A DNA stretch of 29,479 nucleotides, from positions 1 through 29,479 of the IMG/VR virus record IMGVR_UViG_3300011437_000022; one strand, written 5' to 3'. Below the pieces are notes generated by a model. The model was not told where the DNA came from. It saw only the letters and a program-made list of their open reading frames with translations, and ran no database searches. This document shows, piece by piece, positions 18,200-24,835 of the stretch; the stretch's first letter is position 1, and the number at the start of each line of letters is the position of its first letter. Made by a program: the position numbers and the translations under genes. The stretch comes from a virus. Lineage: Duplodnaviria; Caudoviricetes.

Positions 18200-18640
18200 T
18201 TAGTCCATCTGCCGCGGAGTGGTAACGGTACGGTACGACCTGGTTTCGATGTGTTTGAAGGAGTGGTCCCAGGAAAGCCCGTCGTTACTGAGCTTGGAGA
18301 GCATATACAACCATTCGGTGATATCAGTTACTTCCACATTGAGGGCCGCCCAGGCGTCATGCCAGATCGGCGTGTCGCGCTGAAATACCTGGATATCACC
18401 GAGGGTAGGGGTAACCGGAACCTTCGCCTGGTGGCCGCCGTCGGTTACCTCTTGGTACTTGGGATCCCAAGTCATGGTCTGAAAGGCCGTAAAAATATCG
18501 CCGCTTAAAAACATTCCCCCCGGCATCATGGTTTCCCAACCCGCCTCCATGAGGTTGTTTACCTTCACGTCCAGATTGTGCGCCGCGTCGACCGCGGGAT
18601 ACCCTTGAGCCACTACCAGGTGGTACTTGATCTTTAGCAT
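18200..18640 (-). CDS. Hypothetical protein
   Basis: RBS GGGGGAGGG. Co-oriented in the early operon. No recognisable motif. Confidence 0.65.
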   Translation of the reverse strand: MLKIKYHLVVAQGYPAVDAAHNLDVKVNNLMEAGWETMMPGGMFLSGDIFTAFQTMTWDPKYQEVTDGGHQAKVPVTPTLGDIQVFQRDTPIWHDAWAALNVEVTDITEWLYMLSKLSNDGLSWDHSFKHIETRSYRTVTTPRQMD

Positions 18641-18656
18641 ATCGTCCCTCCCCCTT

Positions 18657-18845
18657 TCAGGCGGTTTCCACGGTGACCGTGCAGGTCGCCGGGATGACGC
18701 TTCGGATCTTCCGAGCTACGGATTCCGCTTCTCCGCGGTCGAAGAAGGCATGAGCTTCGCCCTTCTCCTTCACCGGCGGGCCGTCGCTGATGCCCGCATA
18801 CCGGACCTTCCCGGACTGTGTAACAGCCTTCACGATGTACGCCAT
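18657..18845 (-). CDS. Hypothetical protein, first gene of the leftward operon
   Basis: RBS GGGAGGT upstream. Directly downstream of the leftward promoter. Confidence 0.7.
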   Translation of the reverse strand: MAYIVKAVTQSGKVRYAGISDGPPVKEKGEAHAFFDRGEAESVARKIRSVIPATCTVTVETA

Positions 18846-18883
18846 CCCCTGTTACCTCCCGTGTTTATTTTGCCCCTATCTTA

Positions 18884-18913
18884 TTTGTACCCGGATTGTC
18901 ACCAGATTGTCAA
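18884..18913 (-). promoter_or_regulatory. Leftward sigma70-type promoter
   Basis: Minus strand TTGACA (18913-18908), 18-bp spacer, TACAAA (18889-18884). GATTGTCA repeated at 18894 and 18905. Confidence 0.7.
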
Positions 18914-18927
18914 CAGGTAAATATACT

Positions 18928-18957
18928 TTGACAGAATATATCCTTTCCCGGTATAAA
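18928..18957 (+). promoter_or_regulatory. Rightward sigma70-type promoter
   Basis: TTGACA (18928-18933), 18-bp spacer, TATAAA (18952-18957), upstream of the HTH gene. Confidence 0.75.
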
Positions 18958-18985
18958 CAGGACATTCCAGAATCGGGGGTTCCGC

Positions 18986-19204
18986 ATGGAAAACGTGAAG
19001 GCATGGAGGAAGAAGCACAAAAAGAGACAGGCAGACGTAGCCGAGATGCTCGGGATCACCCAGGCGGCCTACTCGAGGTACGAGGCGATGAAGGTCGTAA
19101 TGCCTCCCGCCCTGGTGATGCTGATGATCTCCAAGTCCAAAGGGGCCCTCAAGCACTCGGACTTCTACTCCTGGATCGGCGGGACGTTCGGGGCGAAGGC
19201 ATGA
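18986..19204 (+). CDS. Cro/XRE-family helix-turn-helix regulator
   Basis: VKAWRKKHKKRQADVAEMLGITQAAYSRYE...P. Confidence 0.9.
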   Translation: MENVKAWRKKHKKRQADVAEMLGITQAAYSRYEAMKVVMPPALVMLMISKSKGALKHSDFYSWIGGTFGAKA

Positions 19205-19659
19205 AGCCACGGAGCCAGTACGTTCCAACGAATCTTCGGCAGATCCTTCAAGCCTACGAACTGTGCCGGGACCGATACGAGCTTTTCCTCGAGATCCTGA
19301 TTTCGCAACATTCGAACATGGTTGGGGTGTTTAAGTGCCCGGATTTCTACCTTTGCGCCGATATGAGTTGGAAAATGGAGGATCTTCAAAAACACCTGGC
19401 AAGCCTGGTCGATATAGGGCTTGTGTATAAAGACGAACCGAGGTCCCTCATCATGATAGATCCCACCCTGGGGATGAACCCGATCGAAAGCTACCGGACC
19501 CCTCAACAGGTCGAGATGGCGGTTAAGGTTCTGCACCATTTACCGCAAAGCAAAATCTACCGACCCCTGGTGAAGTACCTGACACCCCTCAATAAACCCC
19601 TGATAAAGCCGGTGATTAAGAAATTATATTCCTTGTGCGGGCTCCGCGATAACGACTAA
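19201..19659 (+). CDS. Phage replication initiator-like winged-helix protein (N-terminal domain only)
   Basis: ATGA overlap with cro. HSNMVGVF..P..YLCADMSW...L..L...GLVYKD resembles phage initiator N-domains. Adjacent to iterons. Confidence 0.65.
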   Translation: MKPRSQYVPTNLRQILQAYELCRDRYELFLEILISQHSNMVGVFKCPDFYLCADMSWKMEDLQKHLASLVDIGLVYKDEPRSLIMIDPTLGMNPIESYRTPQQVEMAVKVLHHLPQSKIYRPLVKYLTPLNKPLIKPVIKKLYSLCGLRDND

Positions 19660-19723
19660 AAGGGATCGTCCCTTCGAGGGTGAAAGGGATCATCCCTTTT
19701 GGGTCGAAAGGGATCGTCCCTTT
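19659..19723. repeat. Three palindromic 17-bp iterons with 24-bp period
   Basis: AAAGGGATCGTCCCTTC (19659), AAAGGGATCATCCCTTT (19683), AAAGGGATCGTCCCTTT (19707). Confidence 0.9.
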
Positions 19724-19865
19724 GGGATTGTTTCGGGCCGCCCCTGCCGGCCCCGGACGGCGAACACAAGGTATAAGATACAAGATAAAAGATAAAGAGC
19801 TTTTCAGTAGCGTCTTAAGGGGGGTTTCGGGTGGTGAGAGTCTGAGAGAGGAGGGGCTCAAAATC

Positions 19866-19906
19866 TGTGGATAACCCTGTGCATAAGTCGATTTTTCTGT
19901 GGATAA
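19866..19906 (-). promoter_or_regulatory. Three co-oriented DnaA boxes
   Basis: TGTGGATAA (19866), TGTGCATAA (19878), TGTGGATAA (19898); all match TTATNCACA on the minus strand. Confidence 0.85.
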
Positions 19907-20072
19907 CTTGCTTTTGCCTGTGAAATGTCGGTTTGAAAATCGTCGAGGAATGGAAAGCGGATTCCTCAAGTCAGCCCCAGGAGAGGAAGATTCTCTTTGT
20001 CGTTGATGTAAAAGGCCCCTTCCTGGTTTATGCTGTGGCGGTATAAGTGCCTGATTGCCTTGTTTTTTCTCC

Positions 20073-20102
20073 TTGACAGGATTTTGTAATTTCCTGTACC
20101 GT
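20073..20102 (+). promoter_or_regulatory. Putative late promoter with overlapping inverted repeat
   Basis: TTGACA (20073), 18-bp spacer, TACCGT (20097). ACAGGA-N10-TCCTGT dyad at 20076-20097. Confidence 0.5.
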
Positions 20103-20110
20103 CTCGGTCC

Positions 20111-20683
20111 ATGAGTCAGAATGCCACAACCGACCAGAACGGCGATCCCCTCGTCCTCACCCGCAAGGAACAAGAATTCATCCGGATCTACCTCCGTACA
20201 GGAGATCCTGGGAAGGCCGCCCTCGAGTCCGGAGTAGCCCGCAAGGGTACGGGCGTCGAGGATGCCTCCCTGGTGGGCGCGCGCCTCCTGGAGCGCATCC
20301 AACCGCAGTTGCGGATCCTGATGGCCGCAAACGGCCTCTCGGACCAGGTTCTCGTGAAGGCGATCCTCGAGGGGATCACCGCGACGATCATCAAGGTCGT
20401 GGTCGATAAGGAGACGAAAGCGGTATCCCACGTCGACACCCTCCTTCCGAATTGGGGCGTCCGGAAGTTCTACCACCGCCTCATGGCCCAGATGGGCTTC
20501 CTGATCGGCGTCCCTGGCGACCAGACCGCAAAGAACCAGGTCGACGAACTGGCCGCCCGCCGTCAATCCAGGTACGCCGAGCTTCGCCGGAAGGTGGGCT
20601 CCATGTCGGATGAAGAGATCAACCAGGCAATTGAGGAGGCCGCCCGTGCCCGTCAAGGGTCCGTTCGACGCGCTATATCCTGA
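20111..20683 (+). CDS. terS: Terminase small subunit
   Basis: LTRKEQEFIRIYLRTGDPGKAALESG is a TerS-like HTH. Directly upstream of the terminase ATPase. Confidence 0.78.
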   Translation: MSQNATTDQNGDPLVLTRKEQEFIRIYLRTGDPGKAALESGVARKGTGVEDASLVGARLLERIQPQLRILMAANGLSDQVLVKAILEGITATIIKVVVDKETKAVSHVDTLLPNWGVRKFYHRLMAQMGFLIGVPGDQTAKNQVDELAARRQSRYAELRRKVGSMSDEEINQAIEEAARARQGSVRRAIS

Positions 20684-21389
20684 TTGGAGCCCTGAACAAT
20701 GGTTCCACTACGGCGCCGCCCTGGACGAGGACCCCGCCTCGCGTGTCATCGAGCTTGAGAAGTGCCGGCGATCCTGCGCCTACTGGCTGTTCCACCCCCT
20801 CAAATACGTCTGGACGAAGGACGAATACTCGATGAGCGAGACGATCAAGCCCTTCCCGCGGGAGATCGCCCTCCTGGACGTCCTCAACGAGGTGCACAAT
20901 AACCCGCTCGTGTTCATCGGGAAAAGCCGGCAGTTGATGATCACCTGGTTCATGTGCGCCTATTTCTGTTGGTGGGCCCGCTTCTACGGCGGTCAGCTTC
21001 TCTTCATCCAATCGAAGAAGGAAGAGGACGCCGCGAACCTGGTGTTCAACAAGGAGCCCGGTAGCGCCCGGATCGACTTCATCGAGACGCACCTTCCCTG
21101 GTGGATGCAGGACTTGAAAGGGCCGAAGCCGGCCTACGGGCAACGGCTGTACGCCAATGGATCGAAGATATGGGGCATCCCCCAGGGTTCCGATACCATC
21201 CGGTCGTACACCGGATCCGGGCTGTTCTCCGACGAGGCCGCCTTTCAGCCGTTCTTCCTGCAAGCCTACCGGGCCGCGAAACCTTCCTGCCGGAAGATCG
21301 TGGCCGTGTCCTCGGCCGAGCCTTCCGAATTCGGCCGAATGGGGGGGTTCATGACTGATCCGACAAGCTCCTACGCCTTTGCATCATGA
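20646..21389 (+). CDS. Terminase large subunit, N-terminal ATPase part
   Basis: Walker A GKSRQLMITW, Walker B LFSDEAAFQ, coupling motif VSSA. GTG 20646 with RBS GAGGAGG preferred over ATG 20610. Confidence 0.88.
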   Translation: MPVKGPFDALYPDWSPEQWFHYGAALDEDPASRVIELEKCRRSCAYWLFHPLKYVWTKDEYSMSETIKPFPREIALLDVLNEVHNNPLVFIGKSRQLMITWFMCAYFCWWARFYGGQLLFIQSKKEEDAANLVFNKEPGSARIDFIETHLPWWMQDLKGPKPAYGQRLYANGSKIWGIPQGSDTIRSYTGSGLFSDEAAFQPFFLQAYRAAKPSCRKIVAVSSAEPSEFGRMGGFMTDPTSSYAFAS

Positions 21390-21502
21390 AGAAAGAGATC
21401 CGCATCGGCCTCGCGGCCGTGGGGTGCATCCTCCTGGGGATCCAGTTCGGGCCCCTGGTGGGCGCCGGCATCTTCCTCATCACGTTGGCTCAAATTGGAT
21501 AG
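21386..21502 (+). CDS. 38-aa membrane peptide between the terminase halves
   Basis: Hand-read MKKEIRIGLAAVGCILLGIQFGPLVGAGIFLITLAQIG. ATGA overlap with the ATPase stop. Confidence 0.55.
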   Translation: MKKEIRIGLAAVGCILLGIQFGPLVGAGIFLITLAQIG

Positions 21503-21809
21503 GAAGCGGGATCCTGTCGTGTCCTCCTGGGGAGATCATCCCCCGGCAGAGGTAACGGCGATCGCCCACCAGGACCCGGATCCGGTTACCTTCCCTCCTT
21601 CCGATCCAAGATCCTATCTCCTGGAAGAGTGCATCCAAGCGCGGCAGGAGATCCTGGGCGTCATGGCCGGCATGGACGATATGCCCTGGCTCGGCTTCTT
21701 CCCGGAGGCGAAGATCTGCGTCCTGGACACCATCCATAGCCTCCGACGGGCGCTTCTCAAGATCGAGGACGGAATCAAGCTACTCACCGACGTTCCAGGA
21801 AAAGGATGA
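21495..21809 (+). CDS. Hypothetical helical protein between the terminase halves (start uncertain)
   Basis: Open frame with phage-like codon usage ending 1 nt before the next gene. Confidence 0.55.
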   Translation: MDRKRDPVVSSWGDHPPAEVTAIAHQDPDPVTFPPSDPRSYLLEECIQARQEILGVMAGMDDMPWLGFFPEAKICVLDTIHSLRRALLKIEDGIKLLTDVPGKG

Positions 21810-21810
21810 A

Positions 21811-22731
21811 TTGACGAATACACCCTCAACGCTACCGCCGATCCAGGGAATCCAGAAATGGACCACCGAATCGGGTATCCGCTCCATCCGTCTCCATTAC
21901 TCCGCATTTCCCGCCCGGGATCCTGCCACGCCGGCCGGCCGCGCATGGCGAGACTCCATGACGAAGGGACTCATCGCGGGGGTCGATAACCAGATATGGC
22001 GCAAGGAACAGGAGATCGACTTCTCGATCCGCGAGGGGATGCCGATCTACAAGACGTTCAACGAACAGCGCCACGTTGCCCCCTCCCCCCTCCGTCCCAT
22101 CAAGAACATACCGATGATCCGCGGGTGGGACTTCGGCGGTACGCCGGCTTGTGCCATCACGCAAAGGGTGTTCACGCCGGCGCCGCATTGGCATATCTTC
22201 CCCTCCCTGTTCGTCCCGAACGATCAATTCATGGGGATCGTCCGGTTCGGAACCGAGGTCATCAACTACTGCAACCTTGCCTATCCCGGGCACACCTGGC
22301 TCGATTACGCGGATCCGGCCGGCAATCAGCGGGCCCAGACCGACGAGCGCAAGTGCTTCGATATCCTCAACGGCTCGGCCGACGTGCCGATCAAGGACGG
22401 CGGGGGCTTCGGACTGGACGTGCAGACGGGCGAAGTGTCCTGGCAGGGACGGTTCGAGGCTATGGAGATGGCCCTCGGGCGCCTGGAAGAGGACGGATTG
22501 CCCTTCCTGCGCGTCGACCCGCGGGAGCGGTTCATCATCACGGCCTTTACGGGCGGGTATCGCCGGAAGAAGGTCGTTGGGAAGGATATCTACTCCGACG
22601 AGGTTGAAAAGAACGAGTACAGCCACATCATGAACGGCCTCGAGTATGTCGCCTCGAGGATCTTTCAGATAAAAAAGCAGGGGGCCAAGAAGAAGCCGGC
22701 CCAGGAAGTCGCAGAAACCTACGCCACATAA
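21811..22731 (+). CDS. Terminase large subunit, C-terminal part (lid region + RNase H-like nuclease)
   Basis: RLHYSA.P, WRKEQEIDF, F...RHV, IRGWDFGGTPAC, YADPAGNQR, EKNEYSHIMNGLEY. Confidence 0.85.
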   Translation: MTNTPSTLPPIQGIQKWTTESGIRSIRLHYSAFPARDPATPAGRAWRDSMTKGLIAGVDNQIWRKEQEIDFSIREGMPIYKTFNEQRHVAPSPLRPIKNIPMIRGWDFGGTPACAITQRVFTPAPHWHIFPSLFVPNDQFMGIVRFGTEVINYCNLAYPGHTWLDYADPAGNQRAQTDERKCFDILNGSADVPIKDGGGFGLDVQTGEVSWQGRFEAMEMALGRLEEDGLPFLRVDPRERFIITAFTGGYRRKKVVGKDIYSDEVEKNEYSHIMNGLEYVASRIFQIKKQGAKKKPAQEVAETYAT

Positions 22732-22741
22732 GGAGGGTTCC

Positions 22742-23122
22742 ATGAGCAGGAAAACGATTCAGGTCCTCACCGTCGCCTTTGCCTTCCTGTTGCTCACAAC
22801 GATCGTCTTGTGGGCGCCCAGGGTAGACGCCGAGCCCCGCTACCCGGGCACGGAGATCGTCGAAAAGGCTGATTTCTCCAACATCGTGTCGGACGCGACC
22901 ACGCTCGTCAAATCCGGAGCGGGATCCCTGGCCTGTATCACCGTCAACGGGGGAACGATGGGCGCGATCACCGTCTACGACTCCCTGACGGCCGCGGGTA
23001 CGAAAATCGCAACCGTCGCCTCGCCCGTGGCGGGGATGGTCCTGCCCTACGGGGTCCGGTTCAAGACCGGCTTGACGATCGTGACGGCAGACAACACGAA
23101 CCTCACGGTTTCGTACTACTGA
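22742..23122 (+). CDS. Small beta-rich protein with signal peptide (virion-decoration-like)
   Basis: RBS AAGGAGG. Hydrophobic N-terminus ending VDA. TLVKSGAGSL..ITVN...ITVYDS...GVRFKTGLTIVT. Confidence 0.75.
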   Translation: MSRKTIQVLTVAFAFLLLTTIVLWAPRVDAEPRYPGTEIVEKADFSNIVSDATTLVKSGAGSLACITVNGGTMGAITVYDSLTAAGTKIATVASPVAGMVLPYGVRFKTGLTIVTADNTNLTVSYY

Positions 23123-23123
23123 C

Positions 23124-24449
23124 ATGGGCCGAAGGGCTCTCATAGCCGGCCTCGCGGTCCTCCTGGCGGTCACATCGGCCGACGCGGCAGGTCGTAAGGC
23201 TCACAAGGGGGGCGGGGCTTTTACTTCCTCCGTCGGTCTGAACAAGGGGCTTACATTCCACGCTCCGTTGACCGATCCCGCGAATCCTTCCACGATCTAC
23301 ACCGGGACAGGACCTTTCACATTCACCCGTGCCCACGACGCCACGCACACGGCAACCTACCTTCACCCCACGACTGGACTTGTAACGACCGCCTCCGCGG
23401 GTCAACTCCGAATCGAAGCGGGCGGGGCCGTCCTCGAGGATGCCGGCACGAACATAGCCCAGAATACGGCGTCCCTCACGGGGCCTTTCTGGTCGTACCT
23501 GAACACAACGATCTCAACCACCGATAACACCATCGCACCGGATGGTACTTTGACGGCCGTTAAGGTGAAGGAAACAAACGCCTCGTCTTTCATCGGGATC
23601 ATCACGCAAAGAGAAACGACTCCCGGGAAATATACCCATTCGGCCTACATCAAGGCGGCCGAGCGCACCGCGGCCGTCCTGGAATTAAACGATACGGTGA
23701 ACATCGCCGACGTCCTGGTGGATCTGACCGATTGCAGTACCTCTAACGGCCCTTTCGCGGAGGGCGCGATCACGGATAAGACGTTCGGAGCCCTGGCCCT
23801 TGATAACGGTTGGTGCCGCGTCTGGGTAACGGCAACTCACGTCGATCAGACGGGGCAACCTCTTCTTCGATTGTGGCTCACCGACACCCCGAATCACCAG
23901 GGAGACAACACGGCGGGTCTGTACGTCTGGGGCGTGATGATGAGCGCGGGAGGGTTGCAATCCTACATCCCCAACCCCGCCGATGTTACCGCTATGTCCA
24001 GAAACGCCGACGTTCTCACGTTTCCCACCGCCTCGAACGTCGATGACACCGCGGGTACGATCTCCTTCACCGTCGAGCTGTCGGATACCGTCGACGTCCA
24101 CGGGTGGATATCGGGAGAGGCACACCGCCCGATCTACTCCCAGGCCGTCTCGGGAACGGGAGATTTGCACTACTACGACGGGACGAATAACGCCCTCTTT
24201 GGATTAAGCGATGTGGTCGCTAAGACCCCTGCGAAGTGGGCGATTCGGTACGGCGGCGTCACCATTGACGTCTATAAGGACGGCTCACCGCTTCAATACG
24301 TCCGGACCTTCGACGGGGATTACGACTTCGGATCCTTCATGAGGGTCGGAGCGGATGCCCTCGGCCGCTACCTGGGCGGCCACATGAAGAATCTGCGGGT
24401 TTGGAACCGAGCTTTGTCCGATGCGGAAATGAAAGCACTCACGCAGTAG
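23124..24449 (+). CDS. Signal-peptide-bearing phage head-spike/fiber-like protein with carbohydrate-binding-like and C-terminal LamG/ConA-like domains
   Basis: MGRRALIAGLAVLLAVTSADA. FTFTRA..AT, LDNGWCRVWVT, SYIP, SRNADVL. C-terminal GHMKNLRVWNRALSDAEMKAL. Confidence 0.75.
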   Translation: MGRRALIAGLAVLLAVTSADAAGRKAHKGGGAFTSSVGLNKGLTFHAPLTDPANPSTIYTGTGPFTFTRAHDATHTATYLHPTTGLVTTASAGQLRIEAGGAVLEDAGTNIAQNTASLTGPFWSYLNTTISTTDNTIAPDGTLTAVKVKETNASSFIGIITQRETTPGKYTHSAYIKAAERTAAVLELNDTVNIADVLVDLTDCSTSNGPFAEGAITDKTFGALALDNGWCRVWVTATHVDQTGQPLLRLWLTDTPNHQGDNTAGLYVWGVMMSAGGLQSYIPNPADVTAMSRNADVLTFPTASNVDDTAGTISFTVELSDTVDVHGWISGEAHRPIYSQAVSGTGDLHYYDGTNNALFGLSDVVAKTPAKWAIRYGGVTIDVYKDGSPLQYVRTFDGDYDFGSFMRVGADALGRYLGGHMKNLRVWNRALSDAEMKALTQ

Positions 24450-24460
24450 GAGGATCGAAG

Positions 24461-24835
24461 ATGGAGAAGAGCGACTTCATTGCAAGCCGGCCGAATTTCC
24501 CGCTCTTTGGTACGCCCTGGCAACCAAGGGTGGAGGATTGCCGGCCGCATACGATGATGTATATCGACACGGTTTTCGAGGAAACACGTCACTCCCACCA
24601 GATCATACAGATCGCACGGTGCCGGGATTGCGGGCTCATCCATGAGATCCCCAGGTCGGTGAAGGAGGCGGGAGCCAAGGGCTCGATCGACATTGACGAT
24701 CCTCGAGTGCAACGATCCCTCCGTCTCACACCCTCCGTCATGAAGCGGTATTTCGACGAAAAGGATGGCCGCGGGGGAACCAGGCCTGGGATGGAGATCT
24801 TCCAGGTCCCGCCTTCCTACGGAGGCCCCAGGTGA
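24461..24835 (+). CDS. Hypothetical protein with possible Zn-binding motif
   Basis: RBS AGGAGG before ATG 24461. CRPH...CRDCG. GTGA overlap with the portal. Confidence 0.65.
   Translation: MEKSDFIASRPNFPLFGTPWQPRVEDCRPHTMMYIDTVFEETRHSHQIIQIARCRDCGLIHEIPRSVKEAGAKGSIDIDDPRVQRSLRLTPSVMKRYFDEKDGRGGTRPGMEIFQVPPSYGGPR

Larger units (their letters stand above)
19659..19906. other. Putative replication origin
   Basis: Iterons, then a GC-rich block, then an A-rich 7-mer run (AAGGTAT AAGATAC AAGATAA AAGATAA, about 19768-19799), then DnaA boxes. Confidence 0.75.

Noticed and set aside
18790-19200. Upstream extension making the initiator 289 aa
   Set aside because: It runs through the promoter region and overlaps the cro gene; ATG 19201 with an ATGA overlap is more plausible.
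19659-19723. Palindromic repeats as a mini-CRISPR array
   Set aside because: Repeats are 17 bp with 7-bp spacers, far too short; there are no cas genes; the context fits iterons.
21390-21810. Group I/II intron or intein explaining the split terminase
   Set aside because: No homing endonuclease, RT or intein motifs, and no recognisable intron core by eye; the interval is filled by coupled ORFs. Not formally excluded without a covariance-model search.
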